This document shows, piece by piece, positions 1-12,700 of a stretch of DNA of 64,000 nucleotides. The DNA is from Auanema rhodensis (Eukaryota; Animalia; Nematoda): NCBI GenBank assembly GCA_964057225.1, contig OZ059894.1, positions 3,224,001 through 3,288,000 of the forward strand. Direction: 5' to 3'. Position 1 is the stretch's first letter; every line of letters begins with the position of its first letter. The notes beneath the pieces are model-generated. The model searched no databases. It was not told where the DNA came from and saw only the letters and a list, made by a program, of their open reading frames with translations. The translations under genes and the position numbers were made by a program.

Positions 1-351
1 AAAATGCACCGAGATATCAACTGATATAAGTTCACACTTATATCCTAGATTTTCACCCCGAAGAATTAATTTTTTCGTTGAATAACATTGTCCATCGTCT
101 TTGCCTTGAAAAAAGGAATCTAAAAACATCTACTTTTTGCTAAATTATTTTGAAATTTTTCGAAAAAATTTTTGTCAAAATGTTTTTGGAAGCAATGTTG
201 AGTGTACATGGAAACTCAACATACACTAATGCATCATTTTTCAAACGATCATAACTAATTTTTGTATTAAGCGTTTTTCAATGTAGTATAGTGCATTCGA
301 TGCGGATTTTCAAGCTGCGTCGATCTGTGTTATCAGATTTGCGCTAGCTTA
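1..351 (+). repeat. Representative satellite monomer (351 bp, about 31% GC; phase arbitrary)
   Basis: 1-351 is repeated essentially identically from 352. Hand count gives 110 G+C in 351, with many A4-A7/T4-T7 tracts. Confidence 0.97.
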
Positions 352-3300
352 AAAATGCACCGAGATATCAACTGATATAAGTTCACACTTATATCCTAGA
401 TTTTCACCCCGAAGAATTAATTTTTTCGTTGAATAACATTGTCCATCGTCTTTGCCTTGAAAAAAGGAATCTAAAAACATCTACTTTTTGCTAAATTATT
501 TTGAAATTTTTCGAAAAAATTTTTGTCAAAATGTTTTTGGAAGCAATGTTGAGTGTACATGGAAACTCAACATACACTAATGCATCATTTTTCAAACGAT
601 CATAACTAATTTTTGTATTAAGCGTTTTTCAATGTAGTATAGTGCATTCGATGCGGATTTTCAAGCTGCGCCGATCTGTGTTATCAGATTTGCGCTAGCT
701 TAAAAATGCACCGAGATATCAACTGATATAAGTTCACACTTATATCCTCGATTTTCACCCTGAAGAATTAATTTTTTCGTTGAATAACATTGTCCATCGT
801 CTTTGCCTTGAAAAAAGGAATCTAAAAACATCTACTTTTTGCTAAATTATTTTGAAATTTTTCGAAAAAATTTTTGTCAAAATGTTTTTGGAAGCAATGT
901 TGAGTGTACATGGAAAATCAACATACACTAATGCATCATTTTTCAAACGATCATAACTAATTTTTGTATTAAGCGTTTTTCAATGTAGTATAGTGCATTC
1001 GATGCGGATTTTTAAGCTGCGTCGATCTGTGTTATCCGATTTGCGCTAGCTGAAAAATGCACCGAGATATCAACTGATATAAGTTCACACTTATATCCTC
1101 GATTTTCACCCTGAAGAATTAATTTTTTCGTTGAATAACATTGTCCATCGTCTTTGCCTTGAAAAAAGGAATCTAAAAACATCTACTTTTTGCTAAATTA
1201 TTTTGAAATTTTTCGAAAAAATTTTTGTCAAAATGTTTTTGGAAGCAATGTTGAGTGTACATGGAAACTCAACATACACTAATGCATCATTTTTCAAACG
1301 ATCATAACTAATTTTTGTATTAAGCGTTTTTCAATGTAGTATAATGCATTCGATGCGGATTTTTAAGCTGCGTCGATCTGTGTTATCCGATTTGCGCTAG
1401 CTGAAAAATGCACCGAGATATCAACTGATATAAGTTCACACTTATATCCTCGATTTTCACCCTGAAGAATTAATTTTTTCGTTGAATAACATTGTCCATC
1501 GTCTTTGCCTTGAAAAAAGGAATCTAAAAACATCTACTTTTTGCTAAATTATTTTGAAATTTTTCGAAAAAATTTTTGTCAAAATGTTTTTGGAAGCAAT
1601 GTTGAGTGTACATGGAAACTCAACATACACTAATGTATCATTTTTCAAACGATCATAACTAATTTTTGTATTAAGCGTTTTTCAATGTAGTATAGTGCAT
1701 TCGATGCGGATTTTCAAGCTGCGCCGATCTGTGTTATCAGATTTGCGCTAGCTTAAAAATGCACCGAGATATCAACTGATATAAGTTCACACTTATATCC
1801 TCGATTTTCACCCTGAAGAATTAATTTTTTCGTTGAATAACATTGTCCATCGTCTTTGCCTTGAAAAAAGGAATCTAAAAACATCTACTTTTTGCTAAAT
1901 TATTTTGAAATTTTTCGAAAAAATTTTTGTCAAAATGTTTTTGGAAGCAATGTTGAGTGTACATGGAAACTCAACATACACTAATGCATCATTTTTCAAA
2001 CGATCATAACTAATTTTTGTATTAAGCGTTTTTCAATGTAGTATAGTGCATTCGATGCGGATTTTTAAGCTGCGTCGATCTGTGTTATCCGATTTGCGCT
2101 AGCTGAAAAATGCACCGAGATATCAACTGATATAAGTTCACACTTATATCCTCGATTTTCACCCTGAAGAATTAATTTTTTCGTTGAATAACATTGTCCA
2201 TCGTCTTTGCCTTGAAAAAAGGAATCTAAAAACATCTACTTTTTGCTAAATTATTTTGAAATTTTTCGAAAAAATTTTTGTCAAAATGTTTTTGGAAGCA
2301 ATGTTGAGTGTACATGGAAACTCAACATACACTAATGCATCATTTTTCAAACGATCATAACTAATTTTTGTATTAAGCGTTTTTCAATGTAGTATAGTGC
2401 ATTCGATGCGGATTTTCAAGCTGCGTCGATCTGTGTTATCAGATTTGCGCTAGCTTAAAAATGCACCGAGATATCAACTGATATAAGTTCACACTTATAT
2501 CCTAGATTTTCACCCCGAAGAATTAATTTTTTCGTTGAATAACATTGTCCATCGTCTTTGCCTTGAAAAAAGGAATCTAAAAACATCTACTTTTTGCTAA
2601 ATTATTTTGAAATTTTTCGAAAAAATTTTTGTCAAAATGTTTTTGGAAGCAATGTTGAGTGTACATGGAAACTCAACATACACTAATGCATCATTTTTCA
2701 AACGATCATAACTAATTTTTGTATTAAGCGTTTTTCAATGTAGTATAGTGCATTCGATGCGGATTTTCAAGCTGCGCCGATCTGTGTTATCAGATTTGCG
2801 CTAGCTTAAAAATGCACCGAGATATCAACTGATATAAGTTCACACTTATATCCTCGATTTTCACCCTGAAGAATTAATTTTTTCGTTGAATAACATTGTC
2901 CATCGTCTTTGCCTTGAAAAAAGGAATCTAAAAACATCTACTTTTTGCTAAATTATTTTGAAATTTTTCGAAAAAATTTTTGTCAAAATGTTTTTGGAAG
3001 CAATGTTGAGTGTACATGGAAAATCAACATACACTAATGCATCATTTTTCAAACGATCATAACTAATTTTTGTATTAAGCGTTTTTCAATGTAGTATAGT
3101 GCATTCGATGCGGATTTTTAAGCTGCGTCGATCTGTGTTATCCGATTTGCGCTAGCTGAAAAATGCACCGAGATATCAACTGATATAAGTTCACACTTAT
3201 ATCCTCGATTTTCACCCTGAAGAATTAATTTTTTCGTTGAATAACATTGTCCATCGTCTTTGCCTTGAAAAAAGGAATCTAAAAACATCTACTTTTTGCT

Positions 3301-4520
3301 AAATTATTTTGAAATTTTTCGAAAAAATTTTTGTCAAAATGTTTTTGGAAGCAATGTTGAGTGTACATGGAAACTCAACATACACTAATGCATCATTTTT
3401 CAAACGATCATAACTAATTTTTGTATTAAGCGTTTTTCAATGTAGTATAATGCATTCGATGCGGATTTTTAAGCTGCGTCGATCTGTGTTATCCGATTTG
3501 CGCTAGCTGAAAAATGCACCGAGATATCAACTGATATAAGTTCACACTTATATCCTCGATTTTCACCCTGAAGAATTAATTTTTTCGTTGAATAACATTG
3601 TCCATCGTCTTTGCCTTGAAAAAAGGAATCTAAAAACATCTACTTTTTGCTAAATTATTTTGAAATTTTTCGAAAAAATTTTTGTCAAAATGTTTTTGGA
3701 AGCAATGTTGAGTGTACATGGAAACTCAACATACACTAATGTATCATTTTTCAAACGATCATAACTAATTTTTGTATTAAGCGTTTTTCAATGTAGTATA
3801 GTGCATTCGATGCGGATTTTCAAGCTGCGCCGATCTGTGTTATCAGATTTGCGCTAGCTTAAAAATGCACCGAGATATCAACTGATATAAGTTCACACTT
3901 ATATCCTCGATTTTCACCCTGAAGAATTAATTTTTTCGTTGAATAACATTGTCCATCGTCTTTGCCTTGAAAAAAGGAATCTAAAAACATCTACTTTTTG
4001 CTAAATTATTTTGAAATTTTTCGAAAAAATTTTTGTCAAAATGTTTTTGGAAGCAATGTTGAGTGTACATGGAAACTCAACATACACTAATGCATCATTT
4101 TTCAAACGATCATAACTAATTTTTGTATTAAGCGTTTTTCAATGTAGTATAGTGCATTCGATGCGGATTTTTAAGCTGCGTCGATCTGTGTTATCCGATT
4201 TGCGCTAGCTGAAAAATGCACCGAGATATCAACTGATATAAGTTCACACTTATATCCTCGATTTTCACCCTGAAGAATTAATTTTTTCGTTGAATAACAT
4301 TGTCCATCGTCTTTGCCTTGAAAAAAGGAATCTAAAAACATCTACTTTTTGCTAAATTATTTTGAAATTTTTCGAAAAAATTTTTGTCAAAATGTTTTTG
4401 GAAGCAATGTTGAGTGTACATGGAAACTCAACATACACTAATGCATCATTTTTCAAACGATCATAACTAATTTTTGTATTAAGCGTTTTTCAATGTAGTA
4501 TAGTGCATTCGATGCGGATT
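60..4520 (+). repeat. Tandem 6-mer higher-order repeat (2106 bp x2) in a highly homogeneous subfamily
   Basis: Private SNPs recur at offset 2106: CCTAGAT 398/2504, GGAAAATC 917/3023, GTATAATG 1344/3450, AATGTATC 1636/3742. Confidence 0.88.
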
Positions 4521-6768
4521 TTTAAGCTGCGTCGATCTGTGTTATCCGATTTGCGCTAGCTGAAAAATGCACCGAGATATCAACTGATATAAGTTCACAC
4601 TTATATCCTCGATTTTCACCCTGAAGAATTAATTTTTTCGTTGAATAACATTGTCCATCGTCTTTGCCTTGAAAAAAGGAATCTAAAAACATCTACTTTT
4701 TGCTAAATTATTTTGAAATGTTTCGAAAAAATTTTTGTCAAAATGTTTTTGGAAGCAATGTTGAGTGTACATGGAAACTCAACATACACTAATGCATCAT
4801 TTTTCAAACGATCATAACTAATTTTTGTATTAAGCGTTTTTCAATGTAGTATAGTGCATTCGATGCGGATTTTTAAGCTGCGTCGATCTGTGTTATCCGA
4901 TTTGCGCTAGCTGAAAAATGCACCGAGATATCAACTGATATAAGTTCACACTTATATCCTCGATTTTCACCCTGAAGAATTAATTTTTTCGTTGAATAAC
5001 ATTGTCCATCGTCTTTGCCTTGAAAAAAGGAATCTAAAAACATCTACTTTTTGCTAAATTATTTTGAAATGTTTCGAAAAAATTTTTGTCAAAATGTTTT
5101 TGGAAGCAATGTTGAGTGTACATGGAAACTCAACATACACTAATGCATCATTTTTCAAACGATCATAACTAATTTTTGTATTAAGCGTTTTTCAATGTAG
5201 TATAGTGCATTCGATGCGGATTTTTAAGCTGCGTCGATCTGTGTTATCCGATTTGCGCTAGCTGAAAAATGCACCGAGATATCAACTGATATAAGTTCAC
5301 ACTTATATCCTCGATTTTCACCCTGAAGAATTAATTTTTTCGTTGAATAACATTGTCCATCGTCTTTGCCTTGAAAAAAGGAATCTAAAAACATCTACTT
5401 TTTGCTAAATTATTTTGAAATTTTTCGAAAAAATTTTTGTCAAAATGTTTTTGGAAGCAATGTTGAGTGTACATGGAAACTCAACATACACTAATGCATC
5501 ATTTTTCAAACGATCATAACTGATTTTTGTATTAAGCGTTTTTCAATGTAGTATAGTGCATTCGATGCGGATTTTCAAGCTGCGTCGATCTGTGTTATCA
5601 GATTTGCGCTAGCTTAAAAATGCACCGAGATATCAACTGATATAAGTTCACACTTATATCCTCGATTTTCACCCCGAAGAATTAATTTTTTCGTTGAATA
5701 ACATTGTCCATCGTCTTTGCCTTGAAAAAAGGAATCTAAAAACATCTACTTTTTGCTAAATTATTTCGAAATTTTTCGAAAAAATTTTTGTCAAAATGTT
5801 TTTGGAAGCAATGTTGAGTGTACATGGAAACTCAACATACACTAATGCATCATTTTTCAAACGATCATAACTAATTTTTGTATTAAGCGTTTCTCAATGA
5901 AGTATAGTGCATTCAATGCGGATTTTTGAGCTGCGTCGATCTGTGTTATCAAATTTGCGCTAGCTTAAGAATGCACCGAGATATCAACTGATATAGGTTC
6001 ACACTTATATCCTCGATTTTCACCCTGAAGAGTTTATTTTTTCGCTGAATAACATTGTCCATCATCTTCGCCTCGAAAAAAGAAATCTAAAAACATCTAC
6101 TTTTCGTGAAATTATTTTGAAATTTTCCGGGAAAATTTTTGTCAAAATGTTTTTGGAAGCAATGTTGAGTGTACATGGAAACTCAACATACAATAATGCA
6201 TCATTTTTCAAACGATCATAACTAATTTTTGTATTGAGCGTTTCTCAATGAAGTATAGTGCATTCAATGCGGATTTTTGAGCTGCGTCGATCTGTGTTAT
6301 CAAAATTGCGCTAGCTTTAGAATGCACCGAGATATCAACTGATATCGGTTCACACTTATATCCTCGATTTTCACCCTGAAGAGTTAATTTTTTCGCTGAA
6401 TAACATTGTCCATCGTCTTCGCCTTGAAAAAAAGAAATCTAAAAACATCTACTTTTCGTGAAATTATTTCGAAATTTTTCGGGAAAATTTTTGTCAAAAT
6501 GTTTTTGAAAGCAATGTTGAGTGTACATTGAAACTCAATATACAGTAATGCATCATTTTCCAAACGATCATAACTAATTTTTGTATTGAGCATTTCTTAA
6601 TGAAGTATAGTGCATTCGATGTGGATTTTTGTGCTGCGTCGATCTGTGTTATCAGATTTGCGCTAGCTTAAGAATGCACCGAGATATCAACTGATATAGG
6701 TTCACACTTATATCCTCGATTTTCACCCTGAAGAGTTTATTTTTTCGCTGAATAACATTGTCCATCGT

Positions 6769-9700
6769 CTTCCCCTTGAAAAAAGGAATCTAAAAACATC
6801 TACTTTTCGTGAAATTATTTCGAAATTTTTCGGGAAAATTTTTGTCAAAATGTTTTTGGAAGCAATGTTGAGTGTACATGGAAACTCAACATACACTAAT
6901 GCATCATTTTCCAAACGATCATAACTAATTTTTGTATTGAGCATTTCTTAATGAAGTATAGTGCATTCGATGTGGATTTTTGAGCTGCGTCGATCTGTGT
7001 TATCAGATTTGCGCTAGCTTAAGAATGCACCGAGATATCAACTGATATAGGTTCACACTTATATCCTCGATTTTCACCCTGAAGAATTAATTTTTTCGTT
7101 GAATAACATTGTCCATCGTCTTTGCCTTGAAAAAAGGAATCTAAAAACATCTACTTTTTGCTAAATTATTTTGAAATGTTTCGAAAAAATTTTTGTCAAA
7201 ATGTTTTTGGAAGCAATGTTGAGTGTACATGGAAACTCAACATACACTAATGCATCATTTTTCAAACGATCATAACTAATTTTTGTATTAAGCGTTTTTC
7301 AATGTAGTATAGTGCATTCGATGCGGATTTTTAAGCTGCGTCGATCTGTGTTATCCGATTTGCGCTAGCTGAAAAATGCACCGAGATATCAACTGATATA
7401 AGTTCACACTTATATCCTCGATTTTCACCCTGAAGAATTAATTTTTTCGTTGAATAACATTGTCCATCGTCTTTGCCTTGAAAAAAGGAATCTAAAAACA
7501 TCTACTTTTTGCTAAATTATTTTGAAATTTTTCGAAAAAATTGGAAGCAATGTTGAGTGTACATGGAAACTCAACATACACTAATGCATCATTTTTCAAA
7601 CGATCATAACTAATTTTTGTATTAAGCGTTTTTCAATGTAGTATAGTGCATTCGATGCGGATTTTCAAGCTGCGTCGATCTGTGTTATCAGATTTGCGCT
7701 AGCTTAAAAATGCACCGAGATATCAACTGATATAAGTTCACACTTATATCCTCGATTTTCACCCCGAAGAATTAATTTTTTCGTTGAATAACATTGTCCA
7801 TCGTCTTTGCCTTGAAAAAAGGAATCTAAAAACATCTACTTTTTGCTAAATTATTTCGAAATTTTTCGAAAAAATTTTTGTCAAAATGTTTTTGGAAGCA
7901 ATGTTGAGTGTACATGGAAACTCAACATACACTAATGCATCATTTTTCAAACGATCATAACTAATTTTTGTATTAAGCGTTTCTCAATGAAGTATAGTGC
8001 ATTCAATGCGGATTTTTGAGCTGCGTCGATCTGTGTTATCAAATTTGCGCTAGCTTAAGAATGCACCGAGATATCAACTGATATAGGTTCACACTTATAT
8101 CCTCGATTTTCACCCTGAAGAGTTTATTTTTTCGCTGAATAACATTGTCCATCATCTTCGCCTCGAAAAAAGAAATCTAAAAACATCTACTTTTCGTGAA
8201 ATTATTTTGAAATTTTCCGGGAAAATTTTTGTCAAAATGTTTTTGGAAGCAATGTTGAGTGTACATGGAAACTCAACATACAATAATGCATCATTTTTCA
8301 AACGATCATAACTAATTTTTGTATTGAGCGTTTCTCAATGAAGTATAGTGCATTCAATGCGGATTTTTGAGCTGCGTCGATCTGTGTTATCAAAATTGCG
8401 CTAGCTTTAGAATGCACCGAGATATCAACTGATATCGGTTCACACTTATATCCTCGATTTTCACCCTGAAGAGTTTATTTTTTCGCTGAATAACATTGTC
8501 CATCGTCTTCCCCTTGAAAAAAGGAATCTAAAAACATCTACTTTTCGTGAAATTATTTCGAAATTTTTCGGGAAAATTTTTGTCAAAATGTTTTTGGAAG
8601 CAATGTTGAGTGTACATGGAAACTCAACATACACTAATGCATCATTTTTCAAACGATCATAACTAATTTTTGTATTAAGCGTTTTTCAATGTAGTATAGT
8701 GCATTCGATGCGGATTTTTAAGCTGCGTCGATCTGTGTTATCCGATTTGCGCTAGCTGAAAAATGCACCGAGATATCAACTGATATAAGTTCACACTTAT
8801 ATCCTCGATTTTCACCCTGAAGAATTAATTTTTTCGTTGAATAACATTGTCCATCGTCTTTGCCTTGAAAAAAGGAATCTAAAAACATCTACTTTTTGCT
8901 AAATTATTTTGAAATTTTTCGAAAAAATTGGAAGCAATGTTGAGTGTACATGGAAACTCAACATACACTAATGCATCATTTTTCAAACGATCATAACTAA
9001 TTTTTGTATTAAGCGTTTTTCAATGTAGTATAGTGCATTCGATGCGGATTTTCAAGCTGCGTCGATCTGTGTTATCAGATTTGCGCTAGCTTAAAAATGC
9101 ACCGAGATATCAACTGATATAAGTTCACACTTATATCCTCGATTTTCACCCCGAAGAATTAATTTTTTCGTTGAATAACATTGTCCATCGTCTTTGCCTT
9201 GAAAAAAGGAATCTAAAAACATCTACTTTTTGCTAAATTATTTCGAAATTTTTCGAAAAAATTTTTGTCAAAATGTTTTTGGAAGCAATGTTGAGTGTAC
9301 ATGGAAACTCAACATACACTAATGCATCATTTTTCAAACGATCATAACTAATTTTTGTATTAAGCGTTTCTCAATGAAGTATAGTGCATTCAATGCGGAT
9401 TTTTGAGCTGCGTCGATCTGTGTTATCAAATTTGCGCTAGCTTAAGAATGCACCGAGATATCAACTGATATAGGTTCACACTTATATCCTCGATTTTCAC
9501 CCTGAAGAGTTTATTTTTTCGCTGAATAACATTGTCCATCATCTTCGCCTCGAAAAAAGAAATCTAAAAACATCTACTTTTCGTGAAATTATTTTGAAAT
9601 TTTCCGGGAAAATTTTTGTCAAAATGTTTTTGGAAGCAATGTTGAGTGTACATGGAAACTCAACATACACTAATGCATCATTTTTCAAACGATCATAACT

Positions 9701-12700
9701 AATTTTTGTATTGAGCGTTTCTCAATGAAGTATAGTGCATTCAATGCGGATTTTTGAGCTGCGTCGATCTGTGTTATCAAAATTGCGCTAGCTTTAGAAT
9801 GCACCGAGATATCAACTGATATCGGTTCACACTTATATCCTCGATTTTCACCCTGAAGAGTTAATTTTTTCGCTGAATAACATTGTCCATCGTCTTCGCC
9901 TTGAAAAAAAGAAATCTAAAAACATCTACTTTTCGTGAAATTATTTCGAAATTTTTCGGGAAAATTTTTGTCAAAATGTTTTTGAAAGCAATGTTGAGTG
10001 TACATTGAAACTCAATATACAGTAATGCATCATTTTCCAAACGATCATAACTAATTTTTGTACTGAGCATTTCTTAATGAAGTATAGTGCATTCGATGTG
10101 GATTTTTGTGCTGCGTCGATCTGTGTTATCAGATTTGCGCTAGCTTAAGAATGCACCGAGATATCAACTGATATAGGTTCACACTTATATCCTCGATTTT
10201 CACCCTGAAGAGTTTATTTTTTCGCTGAATAACATTGTCCATCGTCTTCCCCTTGAAAAAAGGAATCTAAAAACATCTACTTTTCGTGAAATTATTTCGA
10301 AATTTTTCGGGAAAATTTTTGTCAAAATGTTTTTGGAAGCAATGTTGAGTGTACATGGAAACTCAACATACACTAATGCATCATTTTCCAAACGATCATA
10401 ACTAATTTTTGTATTGAGCATTTCTTAATGAAGTATAGTGCATTCGATGTGGATTTTTGAGCTGCGTCGATCTGTGTTATCAGATTTGCGCTAGCTTAAG
10501 AATGCACCGAGATATCAACTGATATAGGTTCACACTTATATCCTCGATTTTCACCCTGAAGAGTTTATTTTTTCGCTGAATAACATTGTCCATCATCTTT
10601 GCCTCGAAAAAAGAAATCTAAAAACATCTACTTTTCGTGAAATTATTTTGAAATTTTCCGGGAAAATTTTTGTCAAAATGTTTTTGGAAGCAATGTTGAG
10701 TGTACATGGAAACTCAACATACACTAATGCATCATTTTTCAAACGATCATAACTAATTTTTGTATTGAGCATTTCTTAATGAAGTATAGTGCATTCGATG
10801 TAGATTTTTGAGCTGCGTCGATCTGTGTTATCAGATTTGCGCTAGCTTAAAAATGCACCGAGATATCAACTGATATATGTTCACACTTATATCCTCGATT
10901 TTCACCCTGAAGATTTACTTTTTTCGTTGAATAACATTGTCCATCGTTTTTGCCTTGAAAAAAGGAATCTAAAAACATCTACTTTTTGCTAAACTATTTT
11001 GAAATTTTTCGAAAAAATTTTTGTCAAAATGTTTTTGGAAGCAATGTTGAGTGTACATGGAAACTCAACATACACTAATGCATCATTTTTCAAACGATCA
11101 TAACTAATTTTTGTATTGAGCGTTTCTCAATGAAGTATAGTGCATTCAATGCGGATTTTTGAGCTGCGTCGATCTGTGTTATCAAAATTGCGCTAGCTCT
11201 AGAATGCACCGAGATATCAACTGATATCGGTTCACACTTATATCCTCGATTTTCACCCTGAAGAGTTATTTTTTTCGCTGAATAACATTGTCCATCGTCT
11301 TCGCCTTAAAAAAAGGAATCTAAAAACATCTACTTTTCGTGAAATTATTTCGAAATTTTTCGGGAAAATTTTTGTCAAAATGTTTTTGAAAGCAATGTTG
11401 AGTGTACATTGAAACTCAATATACAGTAATGCATCATTTTCCAAACGATCATAACTAATTTTTGTATTGAGCATTTCTTAATGAAGTATAGTGCATTCGA
11501 TGTGGATTTTTGAGCTGCGTCGATCTGTGTTATCAGATTTGCGCTAGCTTAAGAATGCACCGAGATATCAACTGATATAGGTTCACACTTATATCCTCGA
11601 TTTTCACCCTGAAGAGTTTATTTTTTCGCTGAATAACATTGTCCATCATCTTCGCCTCGAAAAAAGAAATCTAAAAACATCTACTTTTCGTGAAATTATT
11701 TTGAAATTTTCCGGGAAAATTTTTGTCAAAATGTTTTTGGAAGCAATGTTGAGTGTACATGGAAACTCAACATACACTAATGCATCATTTTTCAAACGAT
11801 CATAACTAATTTTTGTATTGAGCGTTTCTCAATTTAGTATAGTGCATTCAATGCGGATTTTTGAGCTGCGTCGATCTGTGTTATCAAATTTGCGCTAGCT
11901 TTAGAATGCACCGAGATATCAACTGATATCGGTTCACACTTATATCCTCGATTTTCACCCTGAAGAGTTAATTTTTTCGCTGAATAACATTGTCCATCGT
12001 CTTCGCCTTGAAAAAAGGAATCTAAAAACATCTACTTTTCGTGAAATTATTTCGAAATTTTTCGGGAAAATTTTTGTCAAAATGTTTTTGAAAGCAATGT
12101 TGAGTGTACATTGAAACTCAATATACAGTAATGCATCATTTTCCAAACGATCATAACTAATTTTTGTATTGAGCATTTCTTAATGAAGTATAGTGCATTC
12201 GATGTGATTTTTGAGCTGCGTCGATCTGTGTTATCAGATTTGCGCTAGCTTAAGAATGCACCGAGATATCAACTGATATAGGTTCACACTTATATCCTCG
12301 ATTTTCACCCTGAAGAGTTTATTTTTTCGCTGAATAACAATGTCCATCATCTTCGCCTCGAAAAAAGAAACCTAAAAACATCTACTTTTCGTGAAATTAT
12401 TTTGAAATTTTCCGGGAAAATTTTTGTCAAAATGTTTTTGGAAGCAATGTTGAGTGTACATGGAAACTCAACATACAATAATGCATCATTTTTCAAACGA
12501 TCATAACTAATTTTTGTATTGAGCATTTCTTAATGAAGTATAGTGCATTCGATGTAGATTTTTGAGCTGCGTCGATCTGTGTTATCAGATTTGCGCCAGC
12601 TTAAGAATGCACCGAGATATCAACTGATATATGTTCACACTTATATCCTCGATTTTCACCCTGAAGATTTACTTTTTTCATTGAATAACATTGTCCATCG

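Noticed and set aside
1-351. 5S rDNA, tRNA, snRNA or spliced-leader tandem gene unit
   Set aside because: No recognisable 5S, tRNA or SL sequence, cloverleaf or internal Pol III boxes, and the unit tolerates large deletions. An Infernal/Rfam scan would be the formal test.
1-351. Monomer as a diverged dimer of ~175-bp subunits
   Set aside because: Only short scattered similarities (AATGCAC/AATGCAT/AGTGCAT), with no consistent half-unit offset visible by eye.
1-351. Assignment to Drosophila 1.688 (359-bp) or another named satellite
   Set aside because: Similar size and AT content only. I do not recognise diagnostic sequence, so no name is assigned without a search.
6467-6484. CENP-B-box-like motif TTCG-AAATTTTT-CGGG in some monomers
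   Set aside because: The canonical box is TTCG-N4-A-N2-CGGG (7-nt spacer). Here the spacer is 8 nt, lacks the required A, and the motif is present only in a subset of monomers.
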